Assembly: GCA_025057395.1 (NCBI GenBank)
Contig: JANWXU010000004.1
Location: 505 to 64,504, forward strand
DNA: 64,000 bases
Direction of reading: 5' to 3'
Source of the DNA: Bacteroidia bacterium
GTDB taxonomy: Bacteria; Bacteroidota; Bacteroidia; J057; JANWXU01
The position numbers and the translations under genes were made by a program. Below the pieces are notes generated by a model, which saw only the letters and a program-made list of their open reading frames with translations, was not told the origin of the DNA and did no database searches. This document shows, piece after piece, positions 48,701 through 58,353 of the stretch (within the stretch, counting starts at the first letter, position 1; the number at the start of each line of letters is the position of its first letter).

Positions 48701-51700
48701 CAGGCTGAGTTTGGCAAGAAATGGTTGCAGGCTGCGCAAAAATTCTAGGATTAAGCGATAAGGGCGAACTGATAGTTACTTCTTGAGAAGCAGTGCAACC
48801 TTGCGCATCCCTTACCGTAACCAGATAAAAACCTGGTAAAACAGAATTAAAATTCGGTGAATCTACATATTCTACTCCATCCAAAGAATATTTATAAGGC
48901 GGATAACCATTAGTAGCCTGAATACTAATTCTACCACTAGGTTGATTGGGGCAAGCTGCATCATCTTTTGAAAGTACAAAAGTGATAGGAAAGGGTACTA
49001 AAATAATAGTAGAGGTGGTACAATTATTATAGTCTCGTACTCGGACGCGATAGTTACCAGGTACCAAATTTCGAAATTCGCTATTATTACTATACGGTGC
49101 TAAGAGAGCTCCTGTTAAAGTTTCTAATTGAAATTGATAGGGTACAGTTTGGCCATTGGCATTAATAGTAGTACCGCCGCGTGCTGTAAAAGTAAAATTA
49201 GCAATTCCCGTATTACAGCTGACTACATTAATTTTAGATTGCTCGAGAATAAGAGGCTGTGGCTCCAGTAGGGTATCACTAAAAGTATATTCACAACCAT
49301 TCCCTTGGTCGCGAACCGTAATTTGAAATACCCCTGGCGGTAAGCCATCATAAGCAGTATCGCGTGAAAAGGGTCGATCATTAAGTCGGTAAATAAAACC
49401 TGCGCCTGTGCCTCCCCTAGCTGTAAAAATAATTTTGCCATCGCTTAAGCCCGCACAAGCAATATTGGCTTTAAATAACAAACGAAAGTTGATGGCAGAG
49501 GGCTGTGTAAGTACCGCATTAACACGCGTAGTGCAATTTCGTGCATCTCTGATATAAACTGTATACTCCCCCGCTCGTAGTTTAGTAAAGACAGTACCAG
49601 ATGTAAAAGAAACTCCATCTAAAGAATATTGATAAGGGGGGGTTCCGCCGGTAGTAGAAGTAATTCGTATAACTCCATCTTCACTGCCAAAGCAGCTTGG
49701 ATTAGTGGTAAGTACTTGCCCCGTAATAGGAGAAGGTTCATTAATAGTAATAGTAAAAGGAGGAGCAGAACATCCATTTCTATCGATCACTAGCACTGAA
49801 TAATTGCCAGCTCTTACCCTTTCTAAACAAGACAAGGTGGAACCATTAGACCACGCATAAGAATAAGGTGGCTGCCCCCCTGAAACATTAATACAAGCCT
49901 TTCCGTCTTCTGCGCCAATACAACTCACCCGCGAAACATTTGAAGAAACAAGTTGAATAGGCTCAGGTTGTCGAATTGTAAGACAAAAGTTATTAATTCT
50001 ACACCCGCGGCTATCAGTTATGTTTACACAATAATTGCCTGCAGCTAAGCCTGTACGAGTAGGAGAAAGCACAGAGGGTGCATCTGCCCAACTATAGCTA
50101 TAGGGAGGGGTACCTCCACTTACAGAAACTGTAAGGCTACCATTATTTTGCCCATGACAACGAACATCGTTCGTGAAAGAAGTAACTGCTAAACCGCTAG
50201 TAGTAGGTATAGAAAAGCTATTTGAAATTGTACAACCATTTCTATCTGTAATAGTTACAGTATAGCTACCTGCACAGGCATTTACCAAATTCTTTGCTGT
50301 ACTTCCATTAGACCAAAAGTAAGTATAAGGAGGAGTCCCTCCTATTACAGAGATTTCCACTCCTCCAGTGCAAGCTCCAAAGCAGTCTACGCCTTGTATT
50401 GCGCTGCTTTGGAGTGCCAAGGCTGGTGGTTCATTAATTTGCGCTTGTGCTACAGCACTACAATTATTTTGATCAATTACTGTAACTAAGTATTCGCCTC
50501 TACATAAATCATTAAATTGAGGCAAAGTTTGAAAATTACCTCCATTGATAGAAAAACGGTAAGGAGGTGTGCCTCCTAGCGCTTGGGCAACAATAATACC
50601 ATTACAATTGGTAGCACAACGAGCATCATTGGTAAAAGCAATTTCAGCTGCTAAGGGCAAAGGAGGCTCAGTAATACTGAGATTTCGAGTAGCTGAGCAA
50701 TTATTAGCGTCTGTAACCAAAAGTGTGTACTCCCCCGCTATTAAATTATTAAATATACCCGTAGAATTAAACAATCCACCTAATGAAAAAGTATAAGGAG
50801 GAGTTCCCCCACTAGCACCAACTCGCAAAGCGCCTGTAGCTCCCCCTTTGCAGGCTACATTGGTTTGCTGAATAATATTAATAGCGATAGTTCTTGGTTC
50901 GCTTAATACAAAAGGTCCTGCCGTAACAGCATTGCAATTATTAGCGTCTCGAACTTCTAAATTATAGGCTATACCTGAAGCCAAGCCTACAATTGAATAA
51001 GAATTATCAGTATTACGCGTAGCGGTTTGCGGAATATTATTAAGTCTGAAAACATAAGGTTGTGTACCACCTGTTACATTTATTCTTAAGCTACCCGTAC
51101 TGGTACCTGCACATCCTACATTTTGTACTTGTACATTAATTAATTGCAAAGGTAAGGGTTCTTTAATTTCCACCAACTGCTCAAAATTGCAAATCGGATT
51201 TCCAATTACTCTAGCTCTAACCGTGTAAAAGCCTTTAGCTAAGCCTCGAAATCGATTGTTAGAAACGAAATTAGAACCAATACTATATTCTACTATTTGC
51301 CCCGGCTGTATATTTCCTGTAACTATGTCGATGCTTCCATCGGTTAATCCAGGACATGCAATATCCACGGCAATTACTCTGAAAGTAGGACAATTTTCAC
51401 AAGCAGTAACATTAAAACTTGCTGTATTGCTGGAGCAACCGTTTGCATCTTGAGCAGTCACTGTGTATGTGCCATTTGCTAAGCCTGCAATATTTTGAGT
51501 AGTACTTGTAAAGCCAGCAGGTCCACTCCAAAAATAAGTGAAAGGAGGAGTACCTCCAGTAGTAGTAATAGCTATCGAACAATTAGTAACTAAACCACTT
51601 ATAGTGAAACCCTGGGGAGTAGGAATAGTTACCTGTTGTCTTGTGGAACAATTATTTCGATCAGTAACTCGAATAGAATAAGGCCCAGTAGTAGGTAAAT

Positions 51701-54700
51701 TATCAAATATTGCTCTTCCGTCTGAAGAGTTTAAAGTTCTTGTTCCATTAATAGTAAAGGTATATGGAGGAATACCACCTGTAGCTTGTAAACTTAAAGT
51801 GAAAGGGGCAATGCATCGATTAAATGGTAAAACATTTAAAACTAGCCCCGGGCAGTTTCCTTCACAAGCTGTCACCGTATATCGGGTTATAGTTCGGCAA
51901 CCATTGATATCCTGAACAGTTAGAGTATATTCTCCGTCTATGGTTAATCCAGCAATATTAGGTGTAGTGGCACTAAATGCTCGAGGTCCACTCCAGCTGT
52001 ATAAAAATGGACCACTGCCACGTACAACCGATGTTGTAATACCACAACCATTAACCACACCCCGAATTACGGGACCAGCAGGAGTAGGAATTGTAATATT
52101 TTGTGTTTCAACACAATTATTTGCGTCTACTATTCTAATGGTAAGAGGACCAGTAATGGTAAGATTATCAAAAGCAACTCTGCCTGTAGCTGTTATTTGT
52201 GTACCAATATTTACTAAAGAAACTTCATAAGGAGGTCTTCCTCTAGAAATGGTAAATGCTAAGCGGTAAGGAGCAATGCAACTTTGAGCAGTGTCAACAC
52301 TCAGAGAAAAACCTGGACATGCTCCTTCACAATTAGTAACGGCAAAGGTTCTTCCTGCAGTACAACCATTATTATCACGAACTGCAACGGTATAATTTCC
52401 GTTTCTAGTAAGTCCTACTAAATTAGAAGTAGTAGCACTAAAATTATTGGGTCCACTCCAGTTAAAAGTATATGGAGCAGCTCCACCAGATATAGTGAGG
52501 TTAATATTACAATTATTAACGGCACCAATTATACTAGGACCTGTAGGAGTAGCTAGGAGCAATGTATCTCTTTGTAAGCAGCCAATGTTATCTGTTAAAG
52601 TTATATTAATAGGTCCACGTGTGGGTAAGTTTTGAAGATTGAAAATGCCGTTAGGACTTGTAATATTATCTTGGTTGATTACCAAACGATAGGGTGGAGT
52701 TCCTCCTGTAACTCTTAGAGTAGTACTAAAAGGGGGAGTACAAGTGAGCGTAGTATCTGTCCTAACTAAAAAAGGAGGACAGGCAGCACAACCTGTTACT
52801 ACAAATATTTGCTCAGCACGACAGCCATTTTCATCAGTAACTGTAAGAAAATAATTTCCATTGGTTGTAGCGCTCAAATTACGTGTAGTTGCTCGGAAAT
52901 TATTAGGTCCTGTCCAAAGGTAGGAATAACTTCCTGTTCCTCCACTTACCGTCAAATTCACGCCACAATTGATAGGTAAGCTACTAATTTGTAAAGCAGG
53001 AGCAGCTATTATTTGCACATTGGCTGCGCCTTCGCACCCATTATTATCTCTAACAATTAAAGTATAGTCTCCCGCTACTAGATTATTTAAGTTCTGAGAA
53101 GTACTTGTAAAATTATTGGGTCCACTCCAAAAGAAACGATAAGGAGGTACGCCACCCAAGATATCATTTACTAAAATACTTCCTTTTGCACCTGGAGGCG
53201 TGCAGCTTACATTAAAGCTAATGATATCAGGTTCGATAGTAGGACAGCTTGATGTACCTGTTTGTAATAGTAAAACAAAAGCATCATCAGCGCCGCCATT
53301 AGTATTTTGAGCAGGATTACGAGTTGGAAAATTAAAGCTACTGGTTTGACCCACTACACAAACTGTATTATTACCCCACGAAATTCCTCTTCCAATTTCA
53401 ATTTGATCACCACCATAAAAGCTAGAAAAAGTAAGCTGGTTAGCAGTACTAATAACTGCTATAAAAGCATCGTTAGACCCTGCATAAGTGCTTTGAATAG
53501 CCCCTCCTACAGTAGGAAAATTAGCGCTCCTAGTGCCACCCGTAATATAAATATTGCCAACTCTATCTGTAGTTATGCCATTTAAGTCCTCTATATCTTG
53601 GCCTCCTAAGTAGCTTACCCATTCTCTTCTAAGTTCCAGGTTGAATTTAGCTATTAATCCATCTCTGCCGCCGCCGCCATAGGCTGTTTGAAAAGCAGTG
53701 GTAGAAGAAAGTCCTGTAGTGCTATTAGTTTGAGCTATTACTGCTAGTTTGTTATCAAAAGTTACAGCTAATCCAAAAGAAGTTTCGTTTCCAGTACTTC
53801 CAAAGTAAGTAGAAGCTAATAATCTCCCTGTAGGGGAAATTTTAGAAATAAATACATCGGTTCCGCCATTAGAATTGGGTTGAAAAGCATTAGCGGTTAC
53901 AGGAAAGTTGGTGCTTTCTGTAGAGCCGGAAACATAGATATTATTACTAATATCAGTAGTGATGCCAAAGCCCTGGTCATCGCCACTACCTCCTAAAAAC
54001 GTAGACCATACTCTATCTCCATTAGGGTCAAATTTTACTACAAAGGCATCTCGCACGCCAGCAAACTCTCTTTGGAAAGCCCCATTAGTAGTTAAAAAAT
54101 TAGAACTAAAGGTTGCACCAGTGACAATAATATTATTGCTATTATCGATAGTAAGATTATTAGCAATATCATTGAGAGTACCGCCATAGAGTTGTGCCCA
54201 TTCTCGAGAGCCATTATCCCGTAGCTTAATAAGAAAAATATCTCCCCCTCCAGCCTGCTCTGGACCGATTGTAGTAGGAAAGTTACTACTACTACTGTAA
54301 CCTGTAACATAAATATTATTAAAAGCGTCAGTAGCAATAGCTGTGGCTTGATCAATACTAGAGCCGCCGTAGTAGGTAGCCCACCGAAGAGTACCATTAG
54401 CCAAGTATTGGGCAACAAATATATCATTAGCTTGAGCATAGAAGGTTTGTATAGCACCAGCAGTTGTAGGAAAATTATCACTCTGAGTAAGCCCAGCTAC
54501 TGTAATATTACCATTTACAGAGTGCGTCACCGAATAGGCTCTATCTAGACGATTACCTCCCAAATAAGTAGCCCAAAGGCGTGTAAGAGGATCAATAATG
54601 AGGGGTAAGGAAGAATCGTATCGTCCTAGCAAAAATTTAATTTTATTATCTTTTTTTTGATAATAACACGATACAGGCTCAGCAGTATTTTGAGAAGTTT

Positions 54701-55325
54701 GATAAGCTAAAGGAGCAGATTCCCATAGATTGCCTAAGGGGGTAATCACTTGCAAAGTTCCATCTTTATTAATTGTGCTACTGTTAGCTCCAATGTATTG
54801 CATGCAAATATCTTTAGGATTTCCGCCTGGATGAATTACAAAGTCGTACTTTAGAGCATTTTCTCCTCTAGCTTTGTAAACCACTAGATCTATTAATGGA
54901 TATATATTTTTATAAATAATCTTTTGGAAGCTGGAAGCACAAATATAACTCTCTTTAGAAGTATAATGGTGTTCTTGATAAATATGGGGTTCTACTCCAA
55001 TAATTTGTACGTCTGGGTTTGTATTTAAGAACCTAAGGTCAACTCGATACTGCTGTATAGTAGGACTTTGATTTTCTTCCAGTGTAGAGCTGGAGGTTTT
55101 GTAAAAGACATAGCTAAATGCATCCTTTTGAAAGTAAACAGTTTGCTGCCCCAAATGGGTTTTGAAAAGAATTGCCTTACAAGCATTTCCTTTTTCGTCC
55201 TTGATTTGGCCAGCATTTTGAATAAAGCCTGGCCGTAAGGGTGTAATAATAGTAGTAGCTTGAATAGGAAGATAGGTGCTACCCAATAGGAGCAAAGATA
55301 ATGCAATATGTAAGAGTATTCGCAT
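45738..55325 (-). CDS. Giant T9SS-secreted adhesin (3195 aa): signal peptide, N-terminal domain, SBBP beta-propeller repeats, about 19 SprB repeats, Ig-like and Fn3 modules, type A C-terminal sorting domain
   Basis: Complete ORF in the track. MRILLHIALSLLLLGS signal. YLGG/YYGG...NIYVTG...SSNFPTT blades. Many C-x-G-x-x-x-G-S-I...GGTPPY-x-(F/Y)-x-W...G-x-Y-T-V-x-V-x-D-x-N-G-C units. C-terminus AVIYPNPNKGSFMLKI...IHIYNPEGKKI...LPPGIYLLHL. Confidence 0.9.
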   Translation of the reverse strand: MRILLHIALSLLLLGSTYLPIQATTIITPLRPGFIQNAGQIKDEKGNACKAILFKTHLGQQTVYFQKDAFSYVFYKTSSSTLEENQSPTIQQYRVDLRFLNTNPDVQIIGVEPHIYQEHHYTSKESYICASSFQKIIYKNIYPLIDLVVYKARGENALKYDFVIHPGGNPKDICMQYIGANSSTINKDGTLQVITPLGNLWESAPLAYQTSQNTAEPVSCYYQKKDNKIKFLLGRYDSSLPLIIDPLTRLWATYLGGNRLDRAYSVTHSVNGNITVAGLTQSDNFPTTAGAIQTFYAQANDIFVAQYLANGTLRWATYYGGSSIDQATAIATDAFNNIYVTGYSSSSNFPTTIGPEQAGGGDIFLIKLRDNGSREWAQLYGGTLNDIANNLTIDNSNNIIVTGATFSSNFLTTNGAFQREFAGVRDAFVVKFDPNGDRVWSTFLGGSGDDQGFGITTDISNNIYVSGSTESTNFPVTANAFQPNSNGGTDVFISKISPTGRLLASTYFGSTGNETSFGLAVTFDNKLAVIAQTNSTTGLSSTTAFQTAYGGGGRDGLIAKFNLELRREWVSYLGGQDIEDLNGITTDRVGNIYITGGTRSANFPTVGGAIQSTYAGSNDAFIAVISTANQLTFSSFYGGDQIEIGRGISWGNNTVCVVGQTSSFNFPTRNPAQNTNGGADDAFVLLLQTGTSSCPTIEPDIISFNVSCTPPGAKGSILVNDILGGVPPYRFFWSGPNNFTSTSQNLNNLVAGDYTLIVRDNNGCEGAANVQIIAAPALQISSLPINCGVNLTVSGGTGSYSYLWTGPNNFRATTRNLSATTNGNYFLTVTDENGCRAEQIFVVTGCAACPPFLVRTDTTLTCTPPFSTTLRVTGGTPPYRLVINQDNITSPNGIFNLQNLPTRGPINITLTDNIGCLQRDTLLLATPTGPSIIGAVNNCNINLTISGGAAPYTFNWSGPNNFSATTSNLVGLTRNGNYTVAVRDNNGCTAGRTFAVTNCEGACPGFSLSVDTAQSCIAPYRLAFTISRGRPPYEVSLVNIGTQITATGRVAFDNLTITGPLTIRIVDANNCVETQNITIPTPAGPVIRGVVNGCGITTSVVRGSGPFLYSWSGPRAFSATTPNIAGLTIDGEYTLTVQDINGCRTITRYTVTACEGNCPGLVLNVLPFNRCIAPFTLSLQATGGIPPYTFTINGTRTLNSSDGRAIFDNLPTTGPYSIRVTDRNNCSTRQQVTIPTPQGFTISGLVTNCSIAITTTGGTPPFTYFWSGPAGFTSTTQNIAGLANGTYTVTAQDANGCSSNTASFNVTACENCPTFRVIAVDIACPGLTDGSIDIVTGNIQPGQIVEYSIGSNFVSNNRFRGLAKGFYTVRARVIGNPICNFEQLVEIKEPLPLQLINVQVQNVGCAGTSTGSLRINVTGGTQPYVFRLNNIPQTATRNTDNSYSIVGLASGIAYNLEVRDANNCNAVTAGPFVLSEPRTIAINIIQQTNVACKGGATGALRVGASGGTPPYTFSLGGLFNSTGIFNNLIAGEYTLLVTDANNCSATRNLSITEPPLPLAAEIAFTNDARCATNCNGIIVAQALGGTPPYRFSINGGNFQTLPQFNDLCRGEYLVTVIDQNNCSAVAQAQINEPPALALQSSAIQGVDCFGACTGGVEISVIGGTPPYTYFWSNGSTAKNLVNACAGSYTVTITDRNGCTISNSFSIPTTSGLAVTSFTNDVRCHGQNNGSLTVSVSGGTPPYSYSWADAPSVLSPTRTGLAAGNYCVNITDSRGCRINNFCLTIRQPEPIQLVSSNVSRVSCIGAEDGKACINVSGGQPPYSYAWSNGSTLSCLERVRAGNYSVLVIDRNGCSAPPFTITINEPSPITGQVLTTNPSCFGSEDGVIRITSTTGGTPPYQYSLDGVSFTSGTVFTKLRAGEYTVYIRDARNCTTRVNAVLTQPSAINFRLLFKANIACAGLSDGKIIFTARGGTGAGFIYRLNDRPFSRDTAYDGLPPGVFQITVRDQGNGCEYTFSDTLLEPQPLILEQSKINVVSCNTGIANFTFTARGGTTINANGQTVPYQFQLETLTGALLAPYSNNSEFRNLVPGNYRVRVRDYNNCTTSTIILVPFPITFVLSKDDAACPNQPSGRISIQATNGYPPYKYSLDGVEYVDSPNFNSVLPGFYLVTVRDAQGCTASQEVTISSPLSLNPRIFAQPATISCQTQPVLLTALTNGNFQNIRYQWWLNNNPIPGATSNTFLALTSGNYQVAVTNLLNNCTEFSNVTSINILPNPTPTIRPLSQGVTTTLCKGQSLVLVARSNLPIRFYNWYRNGVLVQGGIDSVYTVFETGNYTVQAISIQGCNGISETFTVTVNALPEVELQTPSSNVLCRGQRIQLRATEFSTWNYEWLLNGTPIPNATNASTFEATEPGTYAVKVTNRNTGCFAITNSIVLRPNLFHIDLEATDPLGCGSATGNIRVQVRTPTGSTFYALNNGPWINFSETFRLDNLPSDKYQLQVKDTECSILQQIELTVAKPSIRLLNRSDNFIDLAWNSIPGAIYTLQYRVVGASEWKEINNITNGQFAFSGAPVPSIRISDLQHQTQYEFRILTRCLNNIQSAFTPPLQISTLTRSNANCLEPSNIYVQSLPSNPSEALVYFTIPRNSNLVPVCYDIRYRPMNAGFWSSIRVFGNVIPVRLERLLSNTRYELQIRTNCVNCPGQEANEFSVYSPFIEFVTGGNCPSDNQISINNNAQNNVACGHLALRLDPSIAQSNNSYQWFYSETGLQYREAPDSRNSIEYIAKRSGFYRVKVGIGNCEPVFSAPIFVEIKTTPGVIANTTPVSCAGLNDGVLIAGCTGENEACEDALGRPDYEFSLDGINWFASGIFTQLAPRTYTVYIRKKSTGCVATYTHPVFTTVSAPELPEPQVQWIGGSTIEVKWNPIVNAIGYQLAYRIRNEQSSWQTIEYLMPYDPNNTQPIIVFIDGLQRNATEYEVRLRVRCSRNNQLGPFGPSRTVIIEPNPINHRCPAPGGVFVSSVQANRAILHWQNVPSASSYIVEYREINQPNFIRVEQVLGNQYEIHSLQSGVQYVARVYARCSQLANDISASSINVFFITNLVPKVQETSEIPIKAVIYPNPNKGSFMLKIMTNADYTEKALIHIYNPEGKKILETEILLEPEQTSIAFNEPNLPPGIYLLHLAVGDRKIVEKVLVQE
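48765..53237 (-). repeat. SprB-repeat region (about 19 units of 70-85 aa)
   Basis: aa 697-2187. GG(T/V/A/I/Q)PPY-type motifs: GGVPPYRFFW, GGTGSYSYLW, GGTPPYRLVI, GGAAPYTFNW, RGRPPYEVSL, RGSGPFLYSW, GGIPPYTFTI, GGTPPFTYFW, GGTQPYVFRL, GGTPPYTFSL, GGTPPYRFSI, GGTPPYTYFW, GGTPPYSYSW, GGQPPYSYAW, GGTPPYQYSL, NGYPPYKYSL and others. Confidence 0.8.
53265..54593 (-). repeat. About eight SBBP-type beta-propeller blades (about 55 aa each)
   Basis: aa 245-687. Recurring W-x-(T/S)-Y-(L/Y/F)-G-G...D...(N)-N-I-Y-V-(T/S)-G-x-T-x-S-x-N-F-P-(T/V)-T...A-F-(V/I) pattern. Confidence 0.7.
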
Positions 55326-55438
55326 ATAACTAAAGCACTAGATATTAATTTTAGCGCTTTGAAATTAATCAATTTTTAGAAGCTGTAATCAAGAAATTAG
55401 TTGAAAATATCAGAATAAAAACTAAGGGTTATTGAGTA

Positions 55439-58336
55439 TCAATACACGAAAAAATCAGATAGTTTTAGCTTACGTATTTTGGCTTTTTTTTCCCAGCTTG
55501 ATAAGTTAAAATCTTTTAAGTCTCCAACGATTCCGATACAAATAGGATTATTTTTTAGGTGAATATTAAAAAAGTGAGCTAATCGATCTATCTGTAGATG
55601 GTGATAAATAGGTAATTTTAAGAGCGAAGGGTCACAAGTATATTCCCACTGCCGCCATTGATATATTTGTTTAGGCAATTCTCTAAAGAAAGGCTTGGAA
55701 TACATAGCGCTTTGCATTAATCCTGTTTTTACTGCGTCTAGTTGAGTAGCTTTCCAGGGCATATTTCTTAAAATACTTTGTATGGCATCGATAGTCTCGT
55801 TAGTTTTATCGCCTTGGCATCCCACAAAAATCGATAGATAACCTGAATAATTAGGAAAGTGCCTATATACATAATTACCGCTAACGGAATAAGCAAGAGA
55901 ACGCAGTTCGCGAATCTGTTGAAAGAGTAAAGAACTCATATCTTCTCCAAAATAGCGGTTAAAGGCTTCTATAAAGGGGATAGTATCTTTATCCACTTTT
56001 TTGCCATTAACGAAAAAAAATATATTGCTTTGTTTAGCCTTTTGAAAGTTGTATACCCATATGGTAGGTTCTTGGACAATTCTGGCAGGTACTACATGAA
56101 TAGTAGATTCTTCTTGAGTAGTTAACTCACTGAAAGGCTGCAGTAAAAGTTTTAAATTATCTAGACCATACTTACCTGTATAAAAAGCATAAAACTTATG
56201 GCTAATCACTTTTTGAAAAACTTTAAGGATCGAGTCTGGTTTTATCTTATTGAGCTGTTTAAGCGTGGGTCTATACTTATATGGAGAATTTTCGCCATAG
56301 ATTAAGAATTGATTGAGAGCATTTGCAAGTTCCTGAGGCTCATTTTTGGCGCTTAATCTTTTTTCTTTTTCTTCTTGCCAAGCTATATTTCGAGTATTTT
56401 CGTCGCTGGTTATTTCTTGAAATAGTTTTTTCACTAAGTGAAGAATAGACTCTAAATTATTTTCTAATCCCTTGATTTGAACATAAAAATAATAGATATC
56501 ATACTCGAAAGAAACTTCACCTCCGAGTTTGAATAATTGTCTTTTAAATTCCAGCGCACTCAATTGTTTAGTGCCCGCATTTTCTATGTATTTTATTACA
56601 AAGGGCAAAATAGGATACTGTACGTAACTTACTGGATACTTTAATGTAAGGTGGAATATATTGTTAATAGGATTATAACTCCAGTAGATATAATTTCTTC
56701 TACCTACATTAGTTATTTGTACTTGTTTCTCAGGGTCAATAAATCGAGGAGGAGCGGGGTGTATAGGAAGTGAATCAAAATAAGCTGCATAGGTAGAGCG
56801 ATAGTTATCGTTAGAGGGAAGGGGCTCAAAAGGGGGCTTTTTAAGCTTTTCTCTAGGAGGGGTTCCTTTATTCGAAACTAAGATTAAGTAGTTATTTTGA
56901 AAATACTTTTGACTTATTGCGATGATGTCTTGTTCTTTAGCCTGGCGAATTTGGTTTTGATAAAGTTCAAAATAATTAAGGGGCCTATATTGAGTAAACA
57001 TTTCACTAATAGAGAAACAACGCTGCTCATGAATTTCTAGTTGTTCTTCGAATTTTTTTAATAAATTATTTTTAGCTGCTTCTAGATCTTCTGCTAAGAA
57101 CTTTCCATTCTTTAAAAGTTCAAGAGATTCTAATACAAAAGCTTCAGCTTTTTTGGCGGAGTAATATTTAGGAGCAGGGGTTACTTGAATTTGAAAAAAA
57201 CCGTAGTCATTCCATGCCGAATAAAGGACACTAGCCGAAGCTAATTTACCCTCTAAAACTAGCTTATCCAAAATTCCTGTCTTTCCTGAATTGGAAAGCA
57301 TTTCAGACACAATATTTAAGCCAAATTCATCAGGATGATTATTGGAAGCTGCTCGAAACCCCAGCATTACGATAGTGAAAGGGGAATAATTGCAAGTATA
57401 GTATTCTCTCCCATTAAAAGGCTTTTCTTCAAACTTAGGAAATGGAGGAACAGGTCGACTAGGAAGAATACCAAATTTTTTTCGAATAAGGGGCTCTACT
57501 GCTTCTACTTGAAAATTTCCTGTAAGTACAAGAGCTAAGTTATTAGCTCCAAAGTAATCTTGAAAAAATTGGTACATCTTAGTAAGTGAAGGATTTTTTA
57601 AGTGCTCAGTAGTACCTAAAACCGTTTGGGAGCCATAAGGGTGATTTTTGAAAAGTAGGCTTAAAAATTTTTCTTCTAGAGCACTAGCATAATCATCGAT
57701 TGCAATATTTTTTTCTTCATAAACAATTTCAAGTTCTGGCTGAAATAATCGAAAAACAGGTTGGTGAAAACGGTGGGCATATAGGTCTAACCAGCGCTCG
57801 ATTTCATTTTCTGGAAAATAATTATAAAAAACAATCGACTCTGGAGAAGTATAAGCATTTACATTTTGCGCACCTATAGCCGCTAAAAGGCGATCCATTT
57901 CATTAGGAATAGCATATCTGGAGGCTTGAATAGAAAGTTGATTAATTTTTTTTTGAATATTTAGCCTTTGCTTAGGGTCTTTATGTAAAGTTAGTTCATC
58001 ATATAACATATTAATTTGATCCAAATATACCTTCTCCTGAGAATAATTCACGGTTCCTAATTGCTGTGTTCCTTTAAATAGCATGTGCTCTAAATAATGG
58101 GCTATGCCAGTAGCATCTTTAGGGTCGTTTTTACTTCCTGCTCGAACAGCTATTGCACCATAAATTCCTGTAAAATTGGTGTCAGGGTTCAGCAGTACTG
58201 TCAGACCGTTAGGTAGTTGATATTTAAAGATCGTAATAGGGGACGAAGAAAAAGTATATGATTGACAAAAAGAAGGTAAATTGATTATAGCGTAAATTAG
58301 AGTAGCATAAATATAAACAGTTCTACATCCTATCAT
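55439..58336 (-). CDS. Exported tandem M16 (pitrilysin/insulinase) zinc peptidase with an intact HxxEH
   Basis: ATG at 58336 (MIGCRTVYIYATLIYAIINLPSFCQS, signal peptide) is preferred. The 990-aa track ORF begins 75 nt upstream and would overlap the PP2C gene. Active-site GIAHYLEHMLFKGT. Two M16/M16C-like halves. Confidence 0.85.
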   Translation of the reverse strand: MIGCRTVYIYATLIYAIINLPSFCQSYTFSSSPITIFKYQLPNGLTVLLNPDTNFTGIYGAIAVRAGSKNDPKDATGIAHYLEHMLFKGTQQLGTVNYSQEKVYLDQINMLYDELTLHKDPKQRLNIQKKINQLSIQASRYAIPNEMDRLLAAIGAQNVNAYTSPESIVFYNYFPENEIERWLDLYAHRFHQPVFRLFQPELEIVYEEKNIAIDDYASALEEKFLSLLFKNHPYGSQTVLGTTEHLKNPSLTKMYQFFQDYFGANNLALVLTGNFQVEAVEPLIRKKFGILPSRPVPPFPKFEEKPFNGREYYTCNYSPFTIVMLGFRAASNNHPDEFGLNIVSEMLSNSGKTGILDKLVLEGKLASASVLYSAWNDYGFFQIQVTPAPKYYSAKKAEAFVLESLELLKNGKFLAEDLEAAKNNLLKKFEEQLEIHEQRCFSISEMFTQYRPLNYFELYQNQIRQAKEQDIIAISQKYFQNNYLILVSNKGTPPREKLKKPPFEPLPSNDNYRSTYAAYFDSLPIHPAPPRFIDPEKQVQITNVGRRNYIYWSYNPINNIFHLTLKYPVSYVQYPILPFVIKYIENAGTKQLSALEFKRQLFKLGGEVSFEYDIYYFYVQIKGLENNLESILHLVKKLFQEITSDENTRNIAWQEEKEKRLSAKNEPQELANALNQFLIYGENSPYKYRPTLKQLNKIKPDSILKVFQKVISHKFYAFYTGKYGLDNLKLLLQPFSELTTQEESTIHVVPARIVQEPTIWVYNFQKAKQSNIFFFVNGKKVDKDTIPFIEAFNRYFGEDMSSLLFQQIRELRSLAYSVSGNYVYRHFPNYSGYLSIFVGCQGDKTNETIDAIQSILRNMPWKATQLDAVKTGLMQSAMYSKPFFRELPKQIYQWRQWEYTCDPSLLKLPIYHHLQIDRLAHFFNIHLKNNPICIGIVGDLKDFNLSSWEKKAKIRKLKLSDFFVY

Positions 58337-58353
58337 TTTACTTACTTTTTCGG

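Noticed and set aside
54092-55372. Minus-strand ORFs of 129 aa (54092-54481) and 115 aa (55025-55372), and plus-strand ORFs inside the adhesin gene
   Set aside because: They are out-of-frame overlaps with the 3195-aa ORF. The sequences are hydrophobic or low-complexity, with no independent start context.
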